NCBI GenBank assembly: GCA_937927435.1
Contig: CALBDW010000143.1
Location: 1 to 59,507, forward strand
DNA length: 59,507 nt
Direction: 5' to 3'
From: an uncultured Bdellovibrionales bacterium
GTDB taxonomy: Bacteria > Bdellovibrionota > Bdellovibrionia > Bdellovibrionales > JAMPXM01
Part shown: positions 9,638-18,310 of the stretch, in pieces
Layout: the number at the start of each line of letters is the position of its first letter
Position numbering within the stretch: position 1 is the first letter of the stretch
Notes under the pieces: generated by a model
The model's input: the letters and a program-made list of their open reading frames with translations, nothing else
Told to the model about the DNA's origin: nothing
Databases searched by the model: none
Position numbers and translations under genes: made by a program

Positions 9638-10350
9638 GCCTTTTCTCCTCTTTCGGCCTCTCCGCTCATGAGATCGCGTTCGGCTAGCGTCACGGCAAGA
9701 TCCAAAAATCGCGACGCGATTGCGAAGGAACCGTCGAATTCACCGGTTTCAATCGGATCCACCCGCCGAGAGCGATCTAAAAATACATGGTTGTGGACAA
9801 AAAGACAAAATCCGGCCATGAGGGTTCGCCAGTTCGTATTTGGCTTCTCCGATTGCGTCAGTTCAAGGTACTCGATCGCGTTGGTGAAGGGTTTCAAGTC
9901 TTCTGGTTTGGGTGCGGTTTTCTTTGTGCGCTGTTCGGCGTTGGGATTACGTACGCACGTGAGGCTTGCGATTTTTGGATGCGAGACGCGCGCGAGGGCT
10001 TCCAGCTCTTCCCCAGACGACGAGTCACCGATCAAATGGCATTTGTCGGCGGGCAGATCCTCGAGCGCCCGCAAAATCGCTTCGGTGCGATCTTTGCCTG
10101 GAGGCGCCTCGAGTTCCCATACGTCGTACCCATGCTCGCGCAAATAGAGGGGGATCTCGTTCCAGTAATCGAAAAGCCGGAACAGGCTTTTACGTCCCGA
10201 GAGAAAAACGATCGGATATCGGGTTAAAAGGCAGTTGGGTTTAAGTTCCAAGCCGTTCATGGCCCGGCGGCGTTCTCGGCGCCTGAAAACTTGAAACGTG
10301 ATCGCTGCCGAAACCAGAAGCAAGGCTGAAAAGAGAGCGGTTGTCACCAT
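9607..10350 (-). CDS. Membrane-anchored hypothetical protein with degenerate lipase/alpha-beta hydrolase features
   Basis: N-terminal TM helix; TRYPIVFLSG, YWNEIPLYLREHGYDV, HLIGDSSSG. Confidence 0.65.
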   Translation of the reverse strand: MVTTALFSALLLVSAAITFQVFRRRERRRAMNGLELKPNCLLTRYPIVFLSGRKSLFRLFDYWNEIPLYLREHGYDVWELEAPPGKDRTEAILRALEDLPADKCHLIGDSSSGEELEALARVSHPKIASLTCVRNPNAEQRTKKTAPKPEDLKPFTNAIEYLELTQSEKPNTNWRTLMAGFCLFVHNHVFLDRSRRVDPIETGEFDGSFAIASRFLDLAVTLAERDLMSGEAERGEKACASMTPIHS

Positions 10351-10353
10351 CGC

Positions 10354-11034
10354 TTACAAGTGGAAATCAATGCGAAGGGTGGCGTCAATAGATCCTTCAT
10401 CAGGGGTGTCGGTGATCATCGCGGTGCGGCCGTTGAGGTCGGCGCCGAAGCTCATCTTGTCGTTGGCATAAAGATCGATCCCGAATGTGACGATACCCGA
10501 CGGGGTCGTGTACGTGATGGTGTCTTGGCCGCGTTGCAGATTCAGATAACGGGCGGAAAGGCCTGTGCCGATACGATAGCCGACGCGGCTCGTGTAAAGG
10601 TCTTTATGGAGCACTTTGAGTTCGAATTCCTGAAGGGAAACGCTTGCGTTTGAGCCCTCGGTGGGACTGAAGTTTCGCGCGGTGCCTTCGGCGATCCAAT
10701 GCGGCGAGAAGAGGTCGATGCCGAACGAGGCTTGAATGCCTTTCTGATTCAGATAACGGCTGGCCCCGTCAGGAAAGGTCACGGTTTGCATGAGAGAGGC
10801 GAGTCCGATGCCGGCATGGAAGAGCACGGACTCAAGCGGATCGGCAGAGCGCCGGGTGTTGGCGTGTGTGCGCAAGACCGGGCGGTTCGATTCGCGGTTG
10901 AGTTCGTTCAAGATTTCGTCGTAGCCGACGAGATCATCATCCTCGAGCGCGCCCGTTGCAGAGCCGGGGAAAGACGCGACCGCCGCGAACGAAAGGGAAG
11001 CGAGCGCAACGATAGAGACCAAACGTCTGAGCAT
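10354..11034 (-). CDS. Exported protein, probable outer-membrane beta-barrel
   Basis: Signal peptide (MLRRLVSIVALASLSFAAVASF); alternating-polarity strands; ends LRIDFHL. Confidence 0.7.
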   Translation of the reverse strand: MLRRLVSIVALASLSFAAVASFPGSATGALEDDDLVGYDEILNELNRESNRPVLRTHANTRRSADPLESVLFHAGIGLASLMQTVTFPDGASRYLNQKGIQASFGIDLFSPHWIAEGTARNFSPTEGSNASVSLQEFELKVLHKDLYTSRVGYRIGTGLSARYLNLQRGQDTITYTTPSGIVTFGIDLYANDKMSFGADLNGRTAMITDTPDEGSIDATLRIDFHL

Positions 11035-11178
11035 GATTTACCCTCCGTGGCCACCGGTGCCGATGGTAACTTCTCTTCCTCTAGTCTAGCAGAGGTAAGG
11101 TCCTTTTGCGGGTCCAGGAGAGAACTTTCGGTAAAACTCGTCTTTTCCTTTTTGTGGCCGGGGTGAGAAAATAGGGCT

Positions 11179-11580
11179 ATGGCAGGAGCGTCGAAGCGTT
11201 GTTATTGCGCGTTTTGCCGGACACCACGGATGGTTTACGTGAAGAAGCACGTGGGCCTGCCTGACATCCTGCTTTCGGGGCTCACCGCTGTCTTACTCAG
11301 TTATATTTTTTTTCAGGACTTTGATCCGAGGGCGCTTATATTTTTCGCCCTCTGTCTTGCACTTGCCGAACTTTTCATCATGTTCCGCTGGCGGCTTTCG
11401 CTGATTTGCCAGAAGTGTGGTTTCGATCCGCATCTCTACAAGCGTTCACCTGAGAAAGCGGCTCAACGGGTGAGAGAGTACATGGAACGCCGGAAAGAGG
11501 ATCCGCTAAGCCTGTTTTCTCCTCCTCCCAAGCTCCCGGTGAAAAAGAAGAAAAAATCGCCGCTCGAGGCATCGCGGTAA
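11179..11580 (+). CDS. Hypothetical membrane protein with Cys motifs (CYCAFC ... CQKC)
   Basis: Two hydrophobic helices flanked by Cys clusters; basic C-terminus. Confidence 0.75.
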   Translation: MAGASKRCYCAFCRTPRMVYVKKHVGLPDILLSGLTAVLLSYIFFQDFDPRALIFFALCLALAELFIMFRWRLSLICQKCGFDPHLYKRSPEKAAQRVREYMERRKEDPLSLFSPPPKLPVKKKKKSPLEASR

Positions 11581-11621
11581 AACTTGTGCCACATTCGGGA
11601 AAAAGCTAGGCTCTCATTGAA

Positions 11622-12329
11622 ATGAAAGCGCTAGTGATTATCCCCACTTATAATGAAAGCGAGAACATTGAAGCCATCAGCCGTGCGGTTTTGAACATCA
11701 CACCGGTTGAAACGCACGTTCTCGTCGTGGACGACAACTCGCCGGACGGCACCGCCGACATCGTGAAACGCCTCATGGAGACAGAACCACGTTTGCACCT
11801 GCTTTCACGTCCGGGAAAAGAAGGTCTGGGTCGAGCCTATATCGACGCGTTTCAGTGGGGATTGGAGCGCGGGTATGACGTTCTCGTCGAGATGGATGCC
11901 GATTTTTCCCACCGTCCCGAAGATCTCGTGAAAATTCTCGAGGCGATTAAAGCGGAGGATGTCGACTTCGTCGTTGGGTCGCGTTGGGTTGAAGGCGGCC
12001 GTACGGTCAACTGGGGTCTTAACCGTCAATTCATCAGCCGGGGTGGCAGCTTCTATACGCGCTTGATTCTCGGTTTTCCGGTGGCCGATTGGACGGGCGG
12101 TTTCAACGCGTGGAAGGCTAAGGTCTTAAGAGGGATCGGTCTCGAACGGATTCAATCGAACGGGTATAGCTTCCAGATCGAGCTGAAGTACCGGAGCTTG
12201 AGAAAAGGTTTCCGCGGGAAAGAGGTCCCGATCGTTTTCGAAGACCGCCGGGTCGGAAAAAGCAAGATGAGCACGCGTATCATAATCGAGGCCTTGGGGC
12301 GGGTATGGGCGTTGCGATTCGGGAGCTGA
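11622..12329 (+). CDS. GT2 glycosyltransferase, polyprenol-monophosphomannose synthase (Ppm1/DPM1)-like
   Basis: IIPTYNESENI, VVDDNSPDGT, GKEGLGRAY, EMDADFSHRPEDL, DWTGGF, SNGYSFQIE. Confidence 0.9.
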   Translation: MKALVIIPTYNESENIEAISRAVLNITPVETHVLVVDDNSPDGTADIVKRLMETEPRLHLLSRPGKEGLGRAYIDAFQWGLERGYDVLVEMDADFSHRPEDLVKILEAIKAEDVDFVVGSRWVEGGRTVNWGLNRQFISRGGSFYTRLILGFPVADWTGGFNAWKAKVLRGIGLERIQSNGYSFQIELKYRSLRKGFRGKEVPIVFEDRRVGKSKMSTRIIIEALGRVWALRFGS

Positions 12330-12331
12330 GA

Positions 12332-13249
12332 ATGCCGACTCGCTGGTTTCCGACGACTCTCGCTGTTGTTTCATTGTTTTTTGTTTATGTGTCCGGCGCT
12401 TTCGCGCAATCGAACCGGCCAGTACAGGAGCAGAAAGCGCAAGACGGGGTCGCGGCCGTCATCGCAACCGACGGAGCCCTTGTTTTTGTGAAGCCGGATT
12501 CGACGTCGTCCGTGATGGCGCAATTATCACAAGGGCAAAAAGTGCGCGTTTCGAAAGGCCAAGTGCGGGGGGTGGACGGAATCTTCCGTCGTATCCGCGT
12601 CGGAAACAAAATCGGTTACATCTTGAACGAGGATGTTGTCCTGCAAACGGCAGCGTCGCCGGTTCCGCCGAAGGGAAAGACGGCTAAAGCCGATTCGTCG
12701 GCCAAACGGACGCGCGGTAAGGAACGGGAAAAAAAGAAAGAGTCACGCCGCGACCCGATTTATTTCACGCGGTATATCGGGCTCTTAGTCGGTGAGACGG
12801 AGTACAAAGAAGACATCGCGAATGTCGATGCCTCGGCAAGACTCATGATCTACGGCTTCAAACTGACGGGGCCGGATGTTTTGATCTCGGGGCCGGTGAT
12901 CGACTTCAATTTCGCGCTCCATTACGGGGTGCCGCCCTATTACGATAGGCTTTCCGATACAAAGCCGACCGGTTTTGTGATTTTCACCGATGCGCTGTTG
13001 CCGATTCCGGTGATGCAGGGAATTGACTCCATGCTCTATTTGGGGGTGGGCCCGGCGCTTGTTTATTCGCAGTTTGACGTCGTTCAGGGTGTCCGGAGAA
13101 TGGATCTGAAAAACGTCAACTTGGGCTTAAGCACGTCATTGGGCGCCGCTTACAGAATTGAAAAGATCGCGCTCCGCCTGGAAGCTAAGTATTTCGTGGA
13201 AAAGACGTCCTATCGCGCGGTTCAAGCTGTTTTACAGACGGAATTCTAA
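12332..13249 (+). CDS. Exported protein: SH3b-like domain, basic linker and probable outer-membrane beta-barrel
   Basis: Signal peptide ending AFA-Q; ALVFVKPDSTSSVMAQLSQGQKVRV...KIGYI is SH3b-like; terminal Phe (LQTEF); start could be 12305. Confidence 0.7.
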   Translation: MPTRWFPTTLAVVSLFFVYVSGAFAQSNRPVQEQKAQDGVAAVIATDGALVFVKPDSTSSVMAQLSQGQKVRVSKGQVRGVDGIFRRIRVGNKIGYILNEDVVLQTAASPVPPKGKTAKADSSAKRTRGKEREKKKESRRDPIYFTRYIGLLVGETEYKEDIANVDASARLMIYGFKLTGPDVLISGPVIDFNFALHYGVPPYYDRLSDTKPTGFVIFTDALLPIPVMQGIDSMLYLGVGPALVYSQFDVVQGVRRMDLKNVNLGLSTSLGAAYRIEKIALRLEAKYFVEKTSYRAVQAVLQTEF

Positions 13250-13308
13250 GCGTTTTTCCGTAAATTCGCCTTTGGCTCGATTTGGGAAACCTGCTAGTCT
13301 CGCTGGCC

Positions 13309-15237
13309 ATGACAGCGAAATCTGGCCGAATCCGCCTTCTTCCATCGGAAGTCGTTGACCAAATCGCCGCCGGCGAAGTCGTCGAGCGGCCCGCGCATCT
13401 TGTTAAAGAACTGGTTGAAAACGCGCTCGACGCCGGCGCAACCTCCATCGAAGTCGAATACGACCAAGGCGGCCGCCGCGTTCGCGTGACGGACGATGGG
13501 CGCGGAATCCATAAGGATGAATTAGCGCTCGCGTTAGCCCGCCATGCCACGAGCAAGATCGAAGCCCCGGAAGACTTGTGGCGGCTTTCGACCTTCGGTT
13601 TCCGAGGCGAGGCTTTGGCCAGTATCGCGGCTGTCAGCCGCCTCACCCTACAGAGCCGGACGGCGGAGTCGGACAGCGCTTACAAAATCACGTCCGAATT
13701 CGGAAAACTTTCCGAGGTCGAACCGGCCGGAGGAAACCAGGGGACGACCGTTCTCGTTGAAGAGCTTTTCGCGAACGTTCCGGCCCGGTTGAAATTCATG
13801 AAGAGCGAGACGGCCGAAAGCGCGCAGATCAAAGCGGTCTTGAGAGCTCTCGCCCTGGTCAATGAAGGTGTTGAGTTCCGGATTCGCACGAAGGGCAAGC
13901 TAGAATCCGTTTGGCCGAAAGCGAATAGCTTCTTGGAACGTGCGCGACAAATGAAGCTTGCCGACAAGCTGTACGAGAACACTTTCGATTATGAAGGTTT
14001 TAAGGCGCACGTGCTTTTCGCGAGCCCGCACGAGGTCGCCGGCAACGCGCGCCAGATTCTCATCTTCGTGCAAAGGCGCTGGGTCCAAGACCGCGGGCTG
14101 CAGGCGGCCGTCAACGATGCTTATCGAGGCCTTCTCATGCACGGGGAGTTTCCCATCGCCGTGGTGCGTTTGGAGGTCCCGGCCGATGAAGTCGATGTGA
14201 ATATTCACCCCACGAAGTCGCAGATCAAGTTCCGCGATCCTCAACCCGCGTTCCGCGCTGTGAACCGTGCTTTGCGTGAAGGGCTCGAGCGGGCGCCGTG
14301 GCTGGAAAATGGGAAGAAGGATGCGGCCGTCGCCGGGGAAAACGCGGCCCCGAAACCTGTAAAGCGCTTGAGTGTCGCCGATCTTACGAGGGCCTACGAC
14401 GGGCCGATTCTGAACCTAAAGGCCGAGCCCGATTTCAGCAAGACGCCGCCTGCCTCGGTCGGGCGTTTCGAGGCGCCGGAGTTTCACTCCGTGAACTTCC
14501 GCAAGAAACTCGATCTTGCCGCGTTCTCGAATCCTTCAGTTACGGATGCGGCGGCACGGATTCAAAACGCCGTTGAGTCCTATGCTGAAAGCGCGGCGAA
14601 CGTCGCTGTCGAGGCGAAGAACGAGGAAGAAAGAAAAGCGCCGGTGCCAGGGTACTGGTCGCGGCTTCAGGTAATCGGGCAAGCGAATCTCACGTACATC
14701 ATCGCCCAAGATGAAACGCGTTTGGTTTTGATCGACCAGCATGCGGCTCATGAGCGTGTGGCTTACGAACGGTTGATGCGCGCCTGGAAGGGGGGAGAGA
14801 TTGAAACCCAGGCGTTTTTGCTGCCGTTAACGGTTGAACTCGATGTCGAGGGAACTGAGGCGCTGATGAAGATTCAGGAAGAGCTCGACAACGTGGGCGT
14901 CTCGATCGATCAAAGCGGTCCGCAAGCGATTGTCGTGCGTTCGAAGCCGGCGATTATCGGTGACGGCGCTCTGGTTCAGGCGATCCAGGGCTTGTCGCGG
15001 GAGCTGGTCGAGCGGGGTGGAAGCTTCCAGCTCGAAAAGAAAATCTCGGATCTCTGCGCCACCATGGCCTGCCATTCGGTCGTGCGCGCCGGGCAGGCTT
15101 TGAGCATGGAGCAGATGCGGCGCCTGCTGGAGCAAATGGATGAATTCCCGCTCTCGAGCTTCTGCCCCCACGGGCGTCCGGTTTCAATAGAGTTTCCATT
15201 CACCCGATTGGAGCGCGATTTCGGCCGGATCGTATGA
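13309..15237 (+). CDS. mutL: DNA mismatch repair endonuclease MutL
   Basis: QIAAGEVVERP, GFRGEALASI, DVNIHPTK; endonuclease motifs DQHAAHER, ACH and CPHGRP. Confidence 0.98.
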   Translation: MTAKSGRIRLLPSEVVDQIAAGEVVERPAHLVKELVENALDAGATSIEVEYDQGGRRVRVTDDGRGIHKDELALALARHATSKIEAPEDLWRLSTFGFRGEALASIAAVSRLTLQSRTAESDSAYKITSEFGKLSEVEPAGGNQGTTVLVEELFANVPARLKFMKSETAESAQIKAVLRALALVNEGVEFRIRTKGKLESVWPKANSFLERARQMKLADKLYENTFDYEGFKAHVLFASPHEVAGNARQILIFVQRRWVQDRGLQAAVNDAYRGLLMHGEFPIAVVRLEVPADEVDVNIHPTKSQIKFRDPQPAFRAVNRALREGLERAPWLENGKKDAAVAGENAAPKPVKRLSVADLTRAYDGPILNLKAEPDFSKTPPASVGRFEAPEFHSVNFRKKLDLAAFSNPSVTDAAARIQNAVESYAESAANVAVEAKNEEERKAPVPGYWSRLQVIGQANLTYIIAQDETRLVLIDQHAAHERVAYERLMRAWKGGEIETQAFLLPLTVELDVEGTEALMKIQEELDNVGVSIDQSGPQAIVVRSKPAIIGDGALVQAIQGLSRELVERGGSFQLEKKISDLCATMACHSVVRAGQALSMEQMRRLLEQMDEFPLSSFCPHGRPVSIEFPFTRLERDFGRIV

Positions 15238-16187
15238 AGACTCCCATGGTTCTTTTTATTGTCGGTCCAACGGCAACCGGTAAGTCCGATTTGGCCGTCG
15301 ATATCGCGGAAGGATGCGCGGCGGAGTCTCCCGCGCCGGAAATCATCAATTGCGACAGTGTCCAGTTATTCGAGGGTGTTGATATCGGAGCAGCGAAGCC
15401 TGATAAGGTTCTTCTCGAACGAGCCCAACATCATCTAGTTGGGCACGTGCCGCTTGGAGGAAGCTACACGGCCGGCGATTTCCGCAGAGACGCTCTGAAG
15501 GTGATCTTCGAAGGCGGCCAACGGGGTGTGAACCGATTCTTGGCGGTCGGTGGAAGCGGGTTTTACGTGCAGGCTTTGGAAAAGGGCATGTTCGAAGTTC
15601 CCGACGTTCCGGAGGAGGTGCGAGCTCGTCTCGATGCCGAAGCGGACGCGCCGGGCGGGCTCGAGGCACTTTATGCGGAACTTAAACAAAAAGACCCTGA
15701 GGCAGCCGCCCGTATTTCTCCGCGGGATCGCTATCGGATCGTTCGCGCGCTTGAAATCATCCGTTCCGGTCCTTTGGGGGCGACGCTTTCAGAGATCAAG
15801 AAACGGTTTGCGGCCAGCGCTCCCGAGGCGCCGTTTTTTTCGTATAAAATCGGTCTTTCGCTCGACCGGGACGTCTTGCGGAAGCGGGTGCGGGAGAGAG
15901 CGGCGAGAATGTTGAAGGCGGGCCTCGTCGAAGAGGTTGAAGGTTTGAGGGCGAAGGGGCTCAAAGACTGGGCACCATTAAAATCGGTCGGCTATCGTGA
16001 AGTACAGGCGATGCTGGACGGCCGTTTGGCGCCGAAAGACCTCGAGGATGCCATTGTAACGAGCACCATGCAGCTCGCCAAAAAGCAGATGACATGGTTT
16101 AAACGCGATCAATCGATTCAGTGGTTTGACGCTGTTTCTGAACGATCGAAGGCGATCGAAGAGGGACAAAAAATCCTCAAGCCTTGA
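15234..16187 (+). CDS. miaA: tRNA dimethylallyltransferase
   Basis: GPTATGKS, CDSVQLF, VGGSGFY, RIVRALE, QLAKKQMTWF; ATGA overlap with mutL. Confidence 0.97.
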   Translation: MKTPMVLFIVGPTATGKSDLAVDIAEGCAAESPAPEIINCDSVQLFEGVDIGAAKPDKVLLERAQHHLVGHVPLGGSYTAGDFRRDALKVIFEGGQRGVNRFLAVGGSGFYVQALEKGMFEVPDVPEEVRARLDAEADAPGGLEALYAELKQKDPEAAARISPRDRYRIVRALEIIRSGPLGATLSEIKKRFAASAPEAPFFSYKIGLSLDRDVLRKRVRERAARMLKAGLVEEVEGLRAKGLKDWAPLKSVGYREVQAMLDGRLAPKDLEDAIVTSTMQLAKKQMTWFKRDQSIQWFDAVSERSKAIEEGQKILKP

Positions 16188-16222
16188 CTCCGGAGCAACG
16201 TGGGACCACACTGGCGCCATTC

Positions 16223-17176
16223 ATGAAGTCGATGACCGGATTCGGCCGTAGTTCGAACGTTCGCCAAGCCTCCAGAAAGGCGGCGAAGGCGTCCGCGAAA
16301 GCTTCGCGGAAACGGCGGTCTGCGCCTGTCGCGGTTGAGCCCGAGATCAATGTCGCCGTGAAGGCCGTTAACGGCCGTTTTCTCGATGTTCGAATCCATC
16401 TTCCCCGCGAGTACGCGAGTTTTGAAAGTGAAATACGTGCCCAACTGACGAAGATTTTCGCGCGTGGGACCGTCGATGTTTATATCAATCGCTCGAACGC
16501 TCTTGCCCCCGCCTCGGTGGCGGTCAACGAGGTGCTCGCCAAGGCGTGGGTGCAAAGCTTCCGGGAGCTCGCCCGGTCGATGAATCTGTCCACGGATATT
16601 TCGATCGAGACTTTGGCGAGGATCCCGGATGTCTTCGTCGTGCAGAACCAGAACGAGGTGAGCCCCGCTGAAAAGGCTCTCGTGAAAAAGCTCGTCGAAG
16701 AAGCTGCGCTCGCCTGCGATGGAGAGCGGCTGCGCGAGGGAGTGAGTCTCGAAAAGGAGCTAAATGCGCTGTGTTCTCGGCTTGAAGAACTCGTCGCCGA
16801 GGCTCAAGAGCTCAAGACTCAAGCGGCCAATGAGCTGGAACGCCGCTTTCGTCAGCGGCTGGATGAATACCTGGTGGCCAGAGGCTTTGACGGCGCCTTA
16901 GACGAGCAAAGAATCGCGCAGGAAGTCGTGATTCATTTGGACAGAGCTGATATTTCTGAAGAGCTCACTCGTTTGCGGGAGCATTTGAGAGCCTATCGCC
17001 AACTTCTGAAGAGTCCGGAGCCGCAGGGTAAGAAGCTTGATTTTTACGCCCAAGAACTGTTGCGTGAGGTCAACACGATCGGCTCTAAGAGCCATATCGC
17101 GAAGCTCACGAGTTTGGTCGTGGAGGCGAAAACTGTGGTAGAAAAGATTCGCGAGTTGGTTCAGAACGTCGAATAA
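16223..17176 (+). CDS. yicC: YicC/YloC family endoribonuclease
   Basis: MKSMTGFGR, VNGRFLD, DISEELTRL, GKKLDFYAQELLREVNTIGSK; upstream of gmk. Confidence 0.95.
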   Translation: MKSMTGFGRSSNVRQASRKAAKASAKASRKRRSAPVAVEPEINVAVKAVNGRFLDVRIHLPREYASFESEIRAQLTKIFARGTVDVYINRSNALAPASVAVNEVLAKAWVQSFRELARSMNLSTDISIETLARIPDVFVVQNQNEVSPAEKALVKKLVEEAALACDGERLREGVSLEKELNALCSRLEELVAEAQELKTQAANELERRFRQRLDEYLVARGFDGALDEQRIAQEVVIHLDRADISEELTRLREHLRAYRQLLKSPEPQGKKLDFYAQELLREVNTIGSKSHIAKLTSLVVEAKTVVEKIRELVQNVE

Positions 17177-17193
17177 AAGGGGACGAGGGGCCG

Positions 17194-17757
17194 ATGAAAG
17201 TAAGAATGATCATCATCGCGGCACCGAGTGGAGCGGGGAAATCGAGTTTCGTCGAAAGAATCACTCGGGAGATTCCGCGTCTGCGTGACACGGTGACTTA
17301 TACGACGCGAAAAATGCGGCCCACCGAGTCCGAGGGAAACCCCTATCATTTCGTTTCGGAAGAGCGTTTTAAGGAGCTTCGCGATCAGGGCTTCTTCGTT
17401 GAATGGGCGGTCGTTCACAACAATTTCTATGGGACCCCAATGCACCAGCTCGAAGATGCTTGGGTGCGGGATGAAGTCATCATCATGGATGTGGACGTCC
17501 AGGGGGCTGCGACGTTTAAGAGGAAGTTCCCCGACGCTGTCTCGATCTTTATTCTGCCCCCGTCTGTTGACGAATTGCGTCGACGACTGATCTCGAGAGA
17601 TGGGGCTGGGTCGGCGGATCTTGAGACCCGCCTGAAAAATGCCGAGCTGGAAATCAGTCGGGCCGGCGAGTTCGATTACCAGATCGTGAACGACGATTTT
17701 GACAAATCTTATCAAGAGTTTAAGAAAATTATTGAAGATTTGCTAGCGCGTCGATAA
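17194..17757 (+). CDS. gmk: Guanylate kinase
   Basis: APSGAGKS, TTRKMRPTESEGNPYHFVS, FYGT, DVDVQG. Confidence 0.98.
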   Translation: MKVRMIIIAAPSGAGKSSFVERITREIPRLRDTVTYTTRKMRPTESEGNPYHFVSEERFKELRDQGFFVEWAVVHNNFYGTPMHQLEDAWVRDEVIIMDVDVQGAATFKRKFPDAVSIFILPPSVDELRRRLISRDGAGSADLETRLKNAELEISRAGEFDYQIVNDDFDKSYQEFKKIIEDLLARR

Positions 17758-17807
17758 AACTCGTGTTTTGTCCCTCATCGGGGTGAATTGGCTTTTCGGA
17801 GGGTGGA

Positions 17808-18050
17808 ATGGCTCGTGTCACAGTCGAAGATTGCTTGCATCGCGTAGACAATCGCTTCGCACTGGTTCTCTTGGTCGCCAAGCGCGCTAAGCAGCTGCTG
17901 AAGGGGGCTACTCCGACTATCTCCGGAAAGAACAATAAATACATCGTAAGCGCATTGCGGGAAGTCGCTGCCGGAACGGTTTATTTCGATAACTCTTCGG
18001 CAGATGCGCAAGAACGTTTGCACCAAATCGAGCAAGACCTCAACCGATAA
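17808..18050 (+). CDS. rpoZ: RNA polymerase omega subunit
   Basis: [28 protein letters not shown]. Confidence 0.97.
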   Translation: MARVTVEDCLHRVDNRFALVLLVAKRAKQLLKGATPTISGKNNKYIVSALREVAAGTVYFDNSSADAQERLHQIEQDLNR

Positions 18051-18310
18051 GGTTTGCCGTTATCGAGGATGGGGAATCGTTTCCCCTTCCCGCGGCCGGA
18101 TTTGACTCCCATTTAGATCTTTTCACCCCCTCTTTCCCGGTCCGGCGTAACCAGTCCCTAACGATTAGTCTGAAGTTGAGACATTGAGATTCGGTCAAAT
18201 AGGGGGGCTATTTGGCTTTTCCGCCCCGGATCGGTTATTCTGAAAATCAGTCGCCCCGCCGTGCGCAACGCCCGGCGAATCCGAGGAAGCCGACGGCAGT
18301 TTAGAGGCTT

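Noticed and set aside
18051-18310. 260-nt rpoZ-rel spacer with hairpins GGGGAA/TTCCCC and CAAATAG/CTATTTG
   Set aside because: Two short stems are compatible with an ordinary terminator and promoter region; no riboswitch motif recognised.
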